Below, piece after piece: positions 53,250 to 64,000 of a stretch of 64,000 nt of DNA (positions are counted from its first letter, which is position 1; each line of letters opens with the position of its first letter). The DNA lies in the NCBI GenBank assembly GCA_028023455.1, contig JAQFVV010000008.1, positions 5,022,001 to 5,086,000 on the forward strand. Reading direction: 5' to 3'. The notes beneath the pieces are model-generated. The model did not search any database and had not been told where the DNA came from. It saw only the letters and a program-made list of their open reading frames with translations. The DNA comes from Epiperipatus broadwayi (Eukaryota; Animalia; Onychophora). A program made the position numbers and the translations under genes.

Positions 53250-55400
53250 ACCAATCTGAATGAAAGTGAAGATCGAATCTAACCGCAAAAACAATATCTG
53301 CACTACAAGGTCGCCATCTAGGCATTTGAGCCTAGAAAAATTTATAAAGTAGGCAGATACGTGCTGTTAAGATTCCACTTTATTTAAATATTCCAATCGT
53401 TAGCCCAAGTCACTAGCTCAGTGGAGACGCAGAGATAAAAATCTATATCTTAATTTATATCTTAAATATCAAAGAGTAAAAGCCACTGCCATAAATTAAC
53501 ATATAAAAATATTTATTTACGCACATATAAAATAATATTTAAATTTTGAGGAATAAGTTTAACATTTTAGATTTTTATATTAACTTTTAATTTTACATTT
53601 AACTAAGTTTCAATGAGTTTAATTATTATTTAGATAGTCAAGTATGAATAGACTACATAGATCTGCATTTGAAAAGAAAATATTCTTCCCTGATTTAACC
53701 TTAGGCAACAAATTTTGCAACCAAATTGGCGCCAATCCATCTGATACATTCATGTATTCAATGTAGCATGATATGACAACACAAAATACTATATTGTCAG
53801 GAATGTACATCTGAACAATAAGTAGAAATAGAGAGGACATTGACTCTCCACCAACAGGAATGTGACATCTGTTGGCAAGTAGAACAATAAACAAAAAACT
53901 CCATAGGAATGAACTGCGGTCTTCTGCCGACTTACAAACCCATCCATGGGCAAACAGAGGGTGTGTGGCATATATCTATAATCCTGCCCATAGCGGACCT
54001 CATACTACATCTACTAATTACACAAATATATCCAATCCATTGAACCAATTCAACTACGAAATGAATAACCTAAGATTACCCTCCCTTAATACAACTTTAC
54101 AAAACTATACAGCCATTCACGCCCGACTTAATTTTAACATTTAAATACGTTTGCACAGATTTGTTTAAAAATGTTGGGTATAGATCGATTACATAGATTC
54201 CACGGTCAAAAACATTTCAAAATAAACATAAACGATCAAAATACAAAATTATTGATACCGACAATCGCAGAGGGAAACTTATAAGTAACCCAATAGTATT
54301 CACCATAAGATACTTGCATTGTCACCAATAACTTAAAAGACATCCGAATAAATACATTTTAGATACTCACCGTAAGGTATCATTATTTATCGAATGTCTA
54401 TATATTTTGATCAAATATAAAAACCAAAATATAATTAACCACAAATGAATCCATGCAAGCGTCTATAAACAACTTAAATTTCATACATTTAAATAATCTT
54501 TACAATAAGAAAAAAAAAATGGAAATGATGTTTATCAATCGGAAAACATATAAAATTAAACATTATTAATTTGATTTAAAAACTTACAAAAGTCAGATAA
54601 GAGTCCGTTTTAACATTTCAGTTGGCTTGTTTATCAATTTGTAAAACTTGACGAAAGTTCTTAATTGATTTTAACAATTGTTCATTTCATATAGCTTATG
54701 GTAGAAGAGTCCAGGCCTCTGCTTTCAATTCCCGCGACACCTCCGTTGGAAGGTAATGTTCTGGAGATGGCAATAGCTGGTTCAAGGTATCACAGTCTTT
54801 TCATTTTTTTTTTTTATAGAAAGTGTGGTATGTGCGTCATACCACATCGCTCAAACACACAACGCTGGAACTGTCAGAAAAAACTGTATTTCCCTTTTTA
54901 TATTATCCACAAGGATTCAATGAACAAAACGTCACTAATCTATCACTTTCGTTAGGGTCCGAGCCAAGGCTTAGTGCTTCCATTGGTCAAGCTAAAATCT
55001 CTTTCTTCTCTTATCTAACTTTTCATCTGACTTTTTAATTACACAGCTTTTAGATAATTAATAAACAATCATTTCCATTTATAGATTACAGGAATTAATT
55101 AATACCTGTTTTTATTTTAACTTACGTTATTTTTTTATTAAAATATTTTTATATTTCAATCTTGTATTTTTTTATTAAAAAAAATACGTTCAAATACTTT
55201 TTTTTTTTTGTTTATGAAAAAAAAAATATTTTTAAAGTTTAGCATCTGTGCGAATGTATATACGTATAACAAACATTTTAATTTTAGCGTTTAGTTTTTT
55301 ACTTTTATTTGCGAACTTTTAAGTTTTTTATTTTAAATTAATGTAACGACATATTTATATATCGTTACAATACTTTTAGACTTTATAATTAATTACATTT
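53250..55400. promoter_or_regulatory. CpG-retaining, promoter-like zone
   Basis: By eye, CG dinucleotides are far more frequent here than in flanking non-element DNA; strong splice-donor-like sites on both strands (minus GTGAGT at 54370 and GTAAGT at 53936; plus AG|GTAT at 54787). Not quantified. Confidence 0.45.
54698..54786 (+). CDS. Candidate coding exon, unassigned (MVEESRPLLSIPATPPLEGNVLEMAIAGS)
   Basis: GC-richer segment from ATG to a donor-like AG|GTATCA; contains an ExxxLL-like motif. No family recognised. Confidence 0.25.
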
Positions 55401-55694
55401 TGTAGGAATAATATATCTTATAAAAAGTTGTTCACTTTTTGTCTTCTTTATTAAAAATCAAGTTATTTGTCTTGATAAAAATTGCAATCAATAGTAATTT
55501 GTCTATTTTCTTATTCTACATTTAATATAACTAATTAATTGGGATGCATTAATGGTTTCCACCTCAATCTTTCTTTTATGTATTAATACATATTTGAAAA
55601 ACAAAATTAATGTGTGTCTTTATAAAATAAAATAAACCTCTATTGTGCTTGTTATAAGCTTACAAATAACTGTTATTTTTTACTCATCTTTAAG

Positions 55695-56075
55695 AAATTT
55701 AATTATTTAATATTTATGAGAGGAAGAGTCGTTTAAATTTAATTCAAAATTATAAAAATTTAATCTGAAATTAATAAAAAAAAAAAAAACTTTCAATAAG
55801 TAACATTAAACCATCAACACTCAGTGGGTTTATTTTTCTGTATTCCTGTTCTCTAGAAGTTCTTACATTTTTAAGTGCTGTATGCTACAAATAATTAAGT
55901 TTCTTTATTCAGTTTTAAAAAAATTAATTATTTCATATTTATGAAAATTTTTTTAAATTTAATTCAAAATTAAATTTAGCTATCTGAAATTGATAAAAAA
56001 AAAAAAAAATACTGATAAATAATGTTAGCATCATCAACACTCAATAAAAAGATTTTTTATCTGTATTCCAGTTTT
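55695..56075 (+). repeat. Diverged direct duplication, period about 220 bp
   Basis: tttaaatttaattcaaaatta...tctgaaatt...catcaacactca...tctgtattcc occurs at about 55732-55850 and 55952-56072. Confidence 0.7.
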
Positions 56076-57639
56076 GAATTAACTCATGATAACAATCTGT
56101 TTCAAATTATCTTCATGATTTATAACTTGCACAATCCACTTCTATATCTTACACATTTGGAAAGTGTTAACAACCCATAAAAGTTAAAGCAAATTTCCTG
56201 TATTTTAAAATCTTTATATTTATTTCAAAGCACATATCTAAAAATTTAGGTTGAGAAAACATTATGAAAATAGAATATATTCTTATCAAATACAATTACA
56301 TGATATTATTAATACAATTCCACCAGCCTTCCTTCCCATATGTAATATTTTAAATGTATTTAAAATTGATCTTTTCAGATGCCTTTATTTGTGCATTTCA
56401 AGCGTGCATGGTAGTATATACTCACTTTTAAATGTCTCTTCATAACACATCTAGTTTAAATTATAGATAATATATATGCTCTTTATTATTTTTTTACTTT
56501 TTTTCAAAATGTAAATATATGATTTAAAAATCGCTATTTATTACTTTAAATTTATGTTTAATAATAATTTAAAGGAAAAACAGTTTTCTTTGTCATCAAG
56601 CTATCAAGTAAAATCTAATGATTTAAATAATGGCGCACTGCTTAATGTATTTGCCTGCATGCCTGCAGTCTGGTTTTGCATCTATGCTAAGAAAAGCTTA
56701 GATTATTTAGGTTTCAACAGATTTACACATTTTTTTTAAATAGCTAATCTATCACCAACCCAACTAGCCATTAAGAAAGATTAGTAATGGGTAAATAACT
56801 ATTTCTTAGTGAACAGATGTAATAATATTGAAATTACTAAAGTATTTACAATCTGACAAATTGCAAATCTATTGAGTGAAATCTTCTTCATCATTTTTCT
56901 CTTTGGATGTATGTTGAAGAAGCCTTTTGCAGTGAACTATTTAAATCTAGGTTTACTAGTTCATCTATATCATTATATCTTACTTTAAAATCAAACTAAA
57001 TTTTAATTTACTGGCTGTCACAATAGCATTTTTGTATTAAAATTATTTATTATATTTAATAAAATAGATACATTTTTGAATTGATTTCTGATAATAAAAT
57101 ATGAAAAAAACCCATCAGTCTGATGATTTGAGATGAATTGTTACATTTGCAACAGTAACACTGTGGATTATCCTTGATCTCATAACAACTAATATATGAT
57201 CAATTACATAAATTATTGGAACTTTAATCCCTGTGCAGTTGATTCAGTAGAAAGAGTTGATACTGGTTGAGGAAAGGAAAACAAATGAGATGAAACTATT
57301 GCTGCCATTGTTTTTATTAGTATCAATTATCATGTAAAATATGACTAGAAAACTAAGTAAATAAATTAAATAAAATTATTAAAAACTTATGATAGCCATA
57401 AAAATGAATACATAAATTTAATTTTACATGTGAGGATGTTGGAATTTATAATGAAAACAACAAGCACCATTTTTAACAGTGATAGTCATATGCAATTTCC
57501 CCAAAAATTCAGACAAATAGTAAAGACAATTGTAAAATAAGAATTGATAAAAAGGAATTATTTCAGTTGTAAACATAATATGATAATTTGTTCAAATTTT
57601 ATATCTGGATTAATAATGATATGATAATTTCCATTTTAA

Positions 57640-58121
57640 TAAATATCACATGATCACCATTTCTTATACTTGCACATAACTGTTATTAAAACAGGCAAAA
57701 CTCTCCATACAGTAGTGCCACTCAATGCCATCCAGAGTAATCAATGGCTCTCGGATCCAAGGCTCCTCACTGACAAAGACCAAAAGCCAGAAACTACTCT
57801 GAGGATATTGGATGAGTAGGCACTAGATGGGGATTTTATAAACAAGCCTTCTGGCATCCATTGATTATTCTAGCTGGCACTGAGTGTCACTGCTGTATGG
57901 ACAGTTTTGCCTGTTTAATAACAGTTATGTGCAAGCATAAGAAATGGTGATCATGTGATGTTTAGTGGTTTAATAGCAATCCTGCCTAATAGGATAGTGG
58001 TGGCTATGGTTATTAAAGAACCAAAGACACCAAAATGCATGGTATGCACAAGCCTTCTGGCATCCATTGATTACTCTGGCTGGCACTGAGTGGCACTACT
58101 GTATGGAGAGTCTTGCCTATC
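57640..58121. mobile_element. Composite inverted plus tandem insertion with hammerhead remnant
   Basis: Arms 57640-57747 and 57858-57964, third direct partial copy 58049-58121; CCTCA CTGACAA AGAC-CAAAA-GCCA GAAA CTA CTC TGAGG (57765-57804); candidate TSD ttaataaata (57636-57645 and 58122-58131). Confidence 0.75.
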
Positions 58122-61100
58122 TTAATAAATAATTAGTAATAATCATTAATGTATTTAATTAAAGTGGATAGTGTAAAAGTTGCAAGTGCAGGAAACTGAA
58201 TACTTATAGATCAAATTGCAGTAATTTGACATTGACAAATTTTGAATAAAAAATGAAGCCATATATAAGAGGTTGTGACTTGGGCCAAATAAAAAGGGTA
58301 GTTTAGCATGAAGCACATCTTGGGATCACTTTTTATTTCACTGCTTTATTTTTAAGAATGTATTATGGAAGTTTTAAGTATATATAAAATGAATTTTTGA
58401 TGTAGTGATAATGTATAGATTCTCCATATTCATGATTTAAAATCTGAATCTAACTTATGTAAACTGAAAATTGTTTTCATATCCCAACTAGTGCACTTAA
58501 ATTAATTTTATATTTTCTGTTCATATTTAAATTAATCAGAATGATGGCTGTGTTTATTAATAATCTTAATTATTTTTTCATATCTTAAGTCAATGAAAAA
58601 ATAGTGATATAATTGTTATGGACTGGATCTGGACCTTTAATTCATGTGAGCATAAGAAAATAAAATTAATCGTTATTTTTTTGTCTTCAGTGCATTAACT
58701 CATATCTATATTACACAGTCATTTCAGATAAAATTCAATTTGACGGGGTTTTTTTAAGTCAAATTCCAAACAATATTATCAACTCTCTTTTGATTGTTAT
58801 TTTTTAATCTTTAAAAAATATTGTATCTTTTGAAGTAATCACTTTCTGAAATATCAAAAAGATTTGAGAGATTTTTTTTTTAAAAAAAAAAAAGTTTTAA
58901 AATTCTATTTTGTTTATATTTATAAATAAATTGGCATGGCTATATGTGGCAAATGTGTGCAAGCTTAGTAGTTAGATTATAAACATATATGTAAAACCAC
59001 GTACATAATAGCAGTACATATGATTGCTATGTCCATAACTGATTTGAATCCTGTTTGAGTAAAACTCGGAATATTTTCAGATTCCAATCAGTCATAAATT
59101 TTTTTCCTTTCAGATACTGCATCCATAGGTAACCAAGTTGGCCATCCATTTAGGTGGTAAATGTGTTTATGTTCTTAGATAATATATAAAATGATGAAAC
59201 ATATGTTTAATATTTGTGCAATGAAAATACTTGTGGGTAATGCCTTTTTCTTCAATGTAATTCTAAGAAATTGGAGAGGAGATGCTATTGAAGACATATT
59301 TAACATGTTGGATGCAAATTCAAAAAAAAATAAACTTTGAATATTTAAAACCATTTATGATTTATTTCAGAAATAATTGCAATTACTAATAGAAATTAAT
59401 TTCTTGACTTACTTTTAAATGTTTATTTCTTTACACTATTTGTAAAGAATTAAATTTTAATCAATAAACATTATCATAAAATTCCCATCTTTTTTTAAAA
59501 AAAATTACTTTTCCAATGTTAAATGACTAATATAAAAAGCCATTTCATTAATATAAAAATAATGTCTTATTTTGAAATAAAAATATGAATCAAAAATAAA
59601 CTTATTTAATTACTTTTTATTAAAAATATATAATTAATTTCCAATTAGAATTCAAAAACCAGTCTTATAATCAATGAAGTGATAAAAACCTTGGAATGCA
59701 ATTACTTCTTGAATAAAAAATCTTTAAAAAAAAAATGAAATAAAAAGTTCAATGTATATTTAACAAGTTAAAATTTAAAGAAATAAAAATTTATATTATT
59801 AAAATAGTAATAGCCTTAAAAGTTTTTAATCATAAATGTTGCTGATAATTCAATATAATATAATTATGTAAAACTAATAATATAAATGTAAACTTTAAGT
59901 GCAATGAGTAAATAAATAGTTGATGTTAAAAATAAATGTAAAATAAATTGGGGGAATAAATTTAATATTTAAAATGAGAATTTATAAAGCTATAATAAAA
60001 TCTTATTCTCTGCTTATTAAAAAAGAAAATCATGATTGTAATATGATTCAAACTTAATAATTAGTAAAGAATATACAGTATTTAAGAACTCTGGTTTACT
60101 TTTTAATGTACAGGTACTAAAGCATTTGCAAATAGATAATTTATTTAATAAAAACTACTTTTTCAAACATTTACAGAACTGGCTTTTTTAAAAAAATTAA
60201 ATCATGTTTCTATTATCTGACTCATCTGAGTACTTTTTCCTATTTATTATAGTTCTCACAGCGATGATAATATAAGTAATATTTTATTAATACTTTTAAT
60301 GCACAATTACAATGCACTATATGATAGTACTATAATATCATTAAAAATATTATTCACCCCTTATTAATTTTTTTAACCATAATGAAATTTCAATGACCTT
60401 TGTTCATTTAAGACAACTATCTTAATAGACATGTTACTATATTTATTTCTATGCATTGTCAAGTTGGATATAAAATGAAGATTGTCATAAGTTCTTGATA
60501 ATACTTCAAATGACCAATTGGATATGCCTAAGCTGGAGTTTACGGATAAGTAGTATAATTATATAGAAGCATGAATAACATTTTATGATAATCTTGTTCT
60601 TATACTTATTTGAATGCAAAGAAAATCATTTAAGGTTTTTCTAGAGATTATACAGCCACTAGATTAAATAACCTGTTTGTATAAAATATTATTCTTATAT
60701 AGTAATACCAGATTTAGTCAGACATCTTTTATAATCATTACTAACATATTAATATTTCAACAGTATTGTGTAAAATATTGCATTATGTTTTCTGAGTATC
60801 ACTCTTCTTACACTTTCCAGTCGTATAATGCATGTTACATATTGCTAATATCTTTGTGCTGTGTCTAGTTAACATACTGCTTTTGATTAATAGCTCAATT
60901 TTGACATGTTTTGTTTATAGAACATTTTAGAATTTTATTAGATAGTATCTGCAATTAACTTATTACATACTATGATTTGGGATTTGAAAGTAGACAAACA
61001 GTGAGTATAAACAAATATTTCAGACAGCATTAGAATTCCTTACAACTTTATTCCATATTGTACATCTAATAAAAATATTTATTAAGTTTATCATACAAGA

Positions 61101-62165
61101 TTGGTACTGTTTTATTATACATATTCGTTCATCATAAATGAAGTGAAAATATAAATTTGTATTCCATAAGGAAACATTTAAAAATGACGAGACTTTTTTT
61201 TAAAGCTATAATAATTGATTAATAATAATGGTGATAAGCCAGAAAAATAAAATAAAAACTTGATACTGTTTTACGGGAAAATTTAAAATATAGTATCAAA
61301 CAGTGTTTGAATATTACTGCAACTAAAAGGTAGAAGATTTTACCATGACTATGACATAGTTTTTAAACTCAGTCCAGATGAACTTTAGAATTTTTAGGTC
61401 ATAAGCTGGTTTAAGATTCATCATTTGAATAATCAACCCATAACCAATCCAGATAGCTACTCCCAGATTGATGAGTTGAATATAATTTTTTTTATGTAAT
61501 CTGGCTTTTACGAAGATGAAGGAAAAGATATAATACTTTCATGAGCTCTAATTTATGTTTCATCAGTTTAACCTAATAATCAGTGATTAATAAACATTTT
61601 TTTCAAATGTCCATTTATATATATTTACATCTGTACACATGCCCTTTATATATATGATAATATATTTGTATCAAAAATAGTAATAAATTCTACTTACGGT
61701 TTAATACTTAACTACTGGTATTAAAAAAATAATAAACTTCTTTGACATACTTTAGTTTAAACTGTTTTATTATTTTTTCCTTTTTTGGTTAAAATATTTC
61801 AAGGCGTCTCAGTAGTGATCATGTTTATAGTATTAATGTGTATTTGGACAAGCCCTCGCGTCTTATGTTTAGACTTTCACTATTAGCCTCTCGCCAGTTT
61901 GTTTTAACATATTTAGTTTCATTACCTTGACATAACAAATATTGAAAACGATATAAGTATCTAGTATTTAAACAGACTTCCGATTATACATTTTTAGATT
62001 TTACTTGATACCTTGTTAATAAAGAAAACTTTTTTCCCCCATAAATTATAAAATAGATAAATTTAAAATAAATAATGATTTTTAAATCAAATATTTACAT
62101 TCTGAAAAAGAGTAAAAAATAATACAGAGCATGTTATCTATAATATATATATATTAAGTGTCATA

Positions 62166-62248
62166 GCATTGGCCGGGACGCAAACCCGCAACCCGGGCAA
62201 CTGCCTGCAATTGCAAGGCAGTCGCGCTGACCTCTCGACCACCAATGC
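62166..62248 (-). ncRNA. tRNA-like sequence (tRNA-derived SINE head or pseudo-tRNA) with Gly-type acceptor stem
   Basis: GCATTGG/CCAATGC perfect acceptor stem, A-box-like TGGTCGAGAGG, T-arm CGGG-TTTGCGT-CCCG; anticodon region expanded. Confidence 0.65.
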
Positions 62249-62603
62249 AAGAAATTATGAAGAGACATTTACAAAGAAATGTACACACAAGTAACGTGTG
62301 AATCATACAATTATAGATACTAAATAACTAATAATATTAATCGCAAGTAAATGATTTTTACTGCTGAGTAAATATGTAACGTTTAGAAATATAAATACTT
62401 CATGGAATAATCCCGTCCGAATATGTTACTAGGAAAAATTGCTACTTTTATCAGAGAAAGTGAATTGAATTAACATAGGAAATGGTAAACATATTTTCAA
62501 ATATATTTAAAAGATTCTTTAGAATCTACTTGCAATTTGACCTAGTAACATATTCGAACGTGAACGTGATTGTTTCATGAAGTATTTAAATACAAATAGT
62601 CTA

Positions 62604-62682
62604 GCATTGGTGGTCGAGAGGTCAGCGACAGCTGCTTTACAAGCATTTGTCTCCGGTTAGCGGGTTCGTTTCCCGGCTGATG
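62604..62682 (+). ncRNA. Second tRNA-like copy of the same family
   Basis: GCATTGG TG GTCG-AGAGGTCAG-CGAC ... CGGG-TTCGTTT-CCCG GCTGATGC; shares the 3' flank tatgacac with the first copy. Confidence 0.65.
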
Positions 62683-62998
62683 CTATGACACATGAGGAAA
62701 AAAATGTACTAAATACCAGCACATCTATAATTGTTTTATGTAAGCCATATTCTTTAAGCTATTCGTTTCTGGATGATAAAAAAAATGAAGAAAATCATTA
62801 AAACATCTACCAACTATCCCATTGACTAGTCTGATTAATATTTTTATTTAGTATCCTTTTGAAGAGAGGTGCCAGAAAGATCTTTGTCATGCAATGGGCT
62901 ATTTAAAACTATTTTATCCGATATATTATTATTATAGTCCATCATTCTTTTATTCTACATGTTTATTACTTATGGTTATGACTATATTAATAAGTTAA

Positions 62999-63096
62999 TA
63001 CCCGCATATATATAATGTAATATATAAGGGATTCGAATTCAGACTTTCACATGATTCTCAACTCTCCATGTGAAATTCTGAGTTCGAATCTCATAT
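62999..63096. mobile_element. Minimal fold-back insertion, family B terminus only
   Basis: Arms about 63020-63053 and 63067-63098 ending in ctgagttcgaatc, tail about 62999-63019, 14-bp TSD tattaataagttaa (62985-62998 and 63097-63110). Confidence 0.8.
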
Positions 63097-63873
63097 TATT
63101 AATAAGTTAAATAAAGAATATTATATACATATAATTACTTCAATTTTTAAATAAAATATACATCTTCAAAGAATCACACTAATGTGATTCACCATCACAA
63201 TAGGTAATATAAAAATATAAATAAAATTATAGTAAAAAAAAAACATAAATATTTACTTAGTGTAGTTGTTGACCTGAGTTTAAACTAAATTGAATAAGAC
63301 CTACTTATAAAAGAATATGTTGTACATGGATTATGAAATGAGCATAATATGATATATATATAATATACAAACCATTATACAATTACAAATATCCAGTAAC
63401 GCCCTCTGTTTAAAGATCTATATCTCAATAATAGCAAACCTTAAATTTAATTCCACTTACAGATTATTACAAGCCCAGCAGATGAATCTGAAGGATTTCT
63501 AGGTGATAAAAAAACTCATTGTAAATATACATTAGCATTGAGAATAGTTGTTGTGTTACTATTTTTTAGTTGGTTATATTAAAAACAATAAAATTTGGCA
63601 TAGTCTATGAAGAGAAGTGATATGCATTATACCAATTGTTTTAACTACAACAGAAACCATTGGAGCTTATTAAAATGTTTACAGCTGCTTGGATAATTAG
63701 TTTCTGAAGTGAAGATGGCGTTTGAAAATAGCAACTGACAGACATAAATCAGTTCCATTAATTCTAACTATTAATATTGTTTATATAGATTAAACAACTT
63801 CCATATTTCTACATTCTTTTTTATTTCATAAATAATTTCATATAAATAAAGATACAATAAAAGACAAATAATC

Positions 63874-63915
63874 CCCAAGATGTATTTCGTGCTGAATCAG
63901 CACTCATCAGTTGGG
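63874..63915 (-). ncRNA. Intact canonical type I hammerhead ribozyme motif
   Basis: CCCAA CTGATGA GTGCTG-ATT-CAGCAC GAAA T AC A TC TTGGG: 5-bp stem I, full core, 6-bp stem II, minimal stem III, AUC cleavage triplet. Confidence 0.85.
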
Positions 63916-64000
63916 CCAGGTCATCATCTCTCATATAAATCTTTATTACATGAAGAGTATTTATGTAGAGCAAATTGTCTCATTTTTATTTTCAAGCGTC

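Noticed and set aside
59035-59095. Small inverted repeat with internal gagt-aaa-actc hairpin
   Set aside because: Too short and degenerate to assign to a fold-back family or an HHR.
2619-60868. Most short ORFs in the supplied track
   Set aside because: Low-complexity F/I/L/Y/K-rich products typical of random AT-rich DNA; no motifs.
61463-61504. CCAGA TTGATGA ... TCTGG hammerhead-like remnant
   Set aside because: GAAA is replaced by a T-run and stem II is weak.
16469-63096. Interpreting the palindromes as MITEs or Foldback DNA transposons
   Set aside because: TSDs are long and variable, termini are asymmetric, and HHR motifs point to a retro/PLE origin. Not formally excluded for families C and D.

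Overview
Very AT-rich, CpG-depleted animal-type genomic DNA, mostly intergenic or intronic; no host protein-coding gene could be confidently identified. Retroelements dominate. These are a near-complete but decayed Penelope-like element (PLE; 15.3-19.5 kb, minus), a young but disabled RTE LINE (40.4-43.7 kb) plus an older RTE relic, a 5'-truncated L1/Tx1-type LINE, a Gypsy relic, an old APE-type LINE relic and a second PLE relic. The most striking pattern is at least nine short non-coding fold-back (head-to-head palindromic) insertions from several sequence families. Most have 10-16 bp target-site duplications (TSDs) and an 18-87 nt one-sided tail, and many carry minimal type I hammerhead ribozyme (HHR) motifs pointing outward. 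They include an intact canonical HHR (63874-63915), an HHR variant with an A3-U8 swap of the core C3-G8 pair (3942-3982), and a family coupling an HHR to a tRNA-like T-arm/B-box. Two divergent tRNA-like genes or SINE heads and a CpG-retaining promoter-like zone (about 53.3-55.4 kb) are also present. All alignments were done by eye; no database searches were run.
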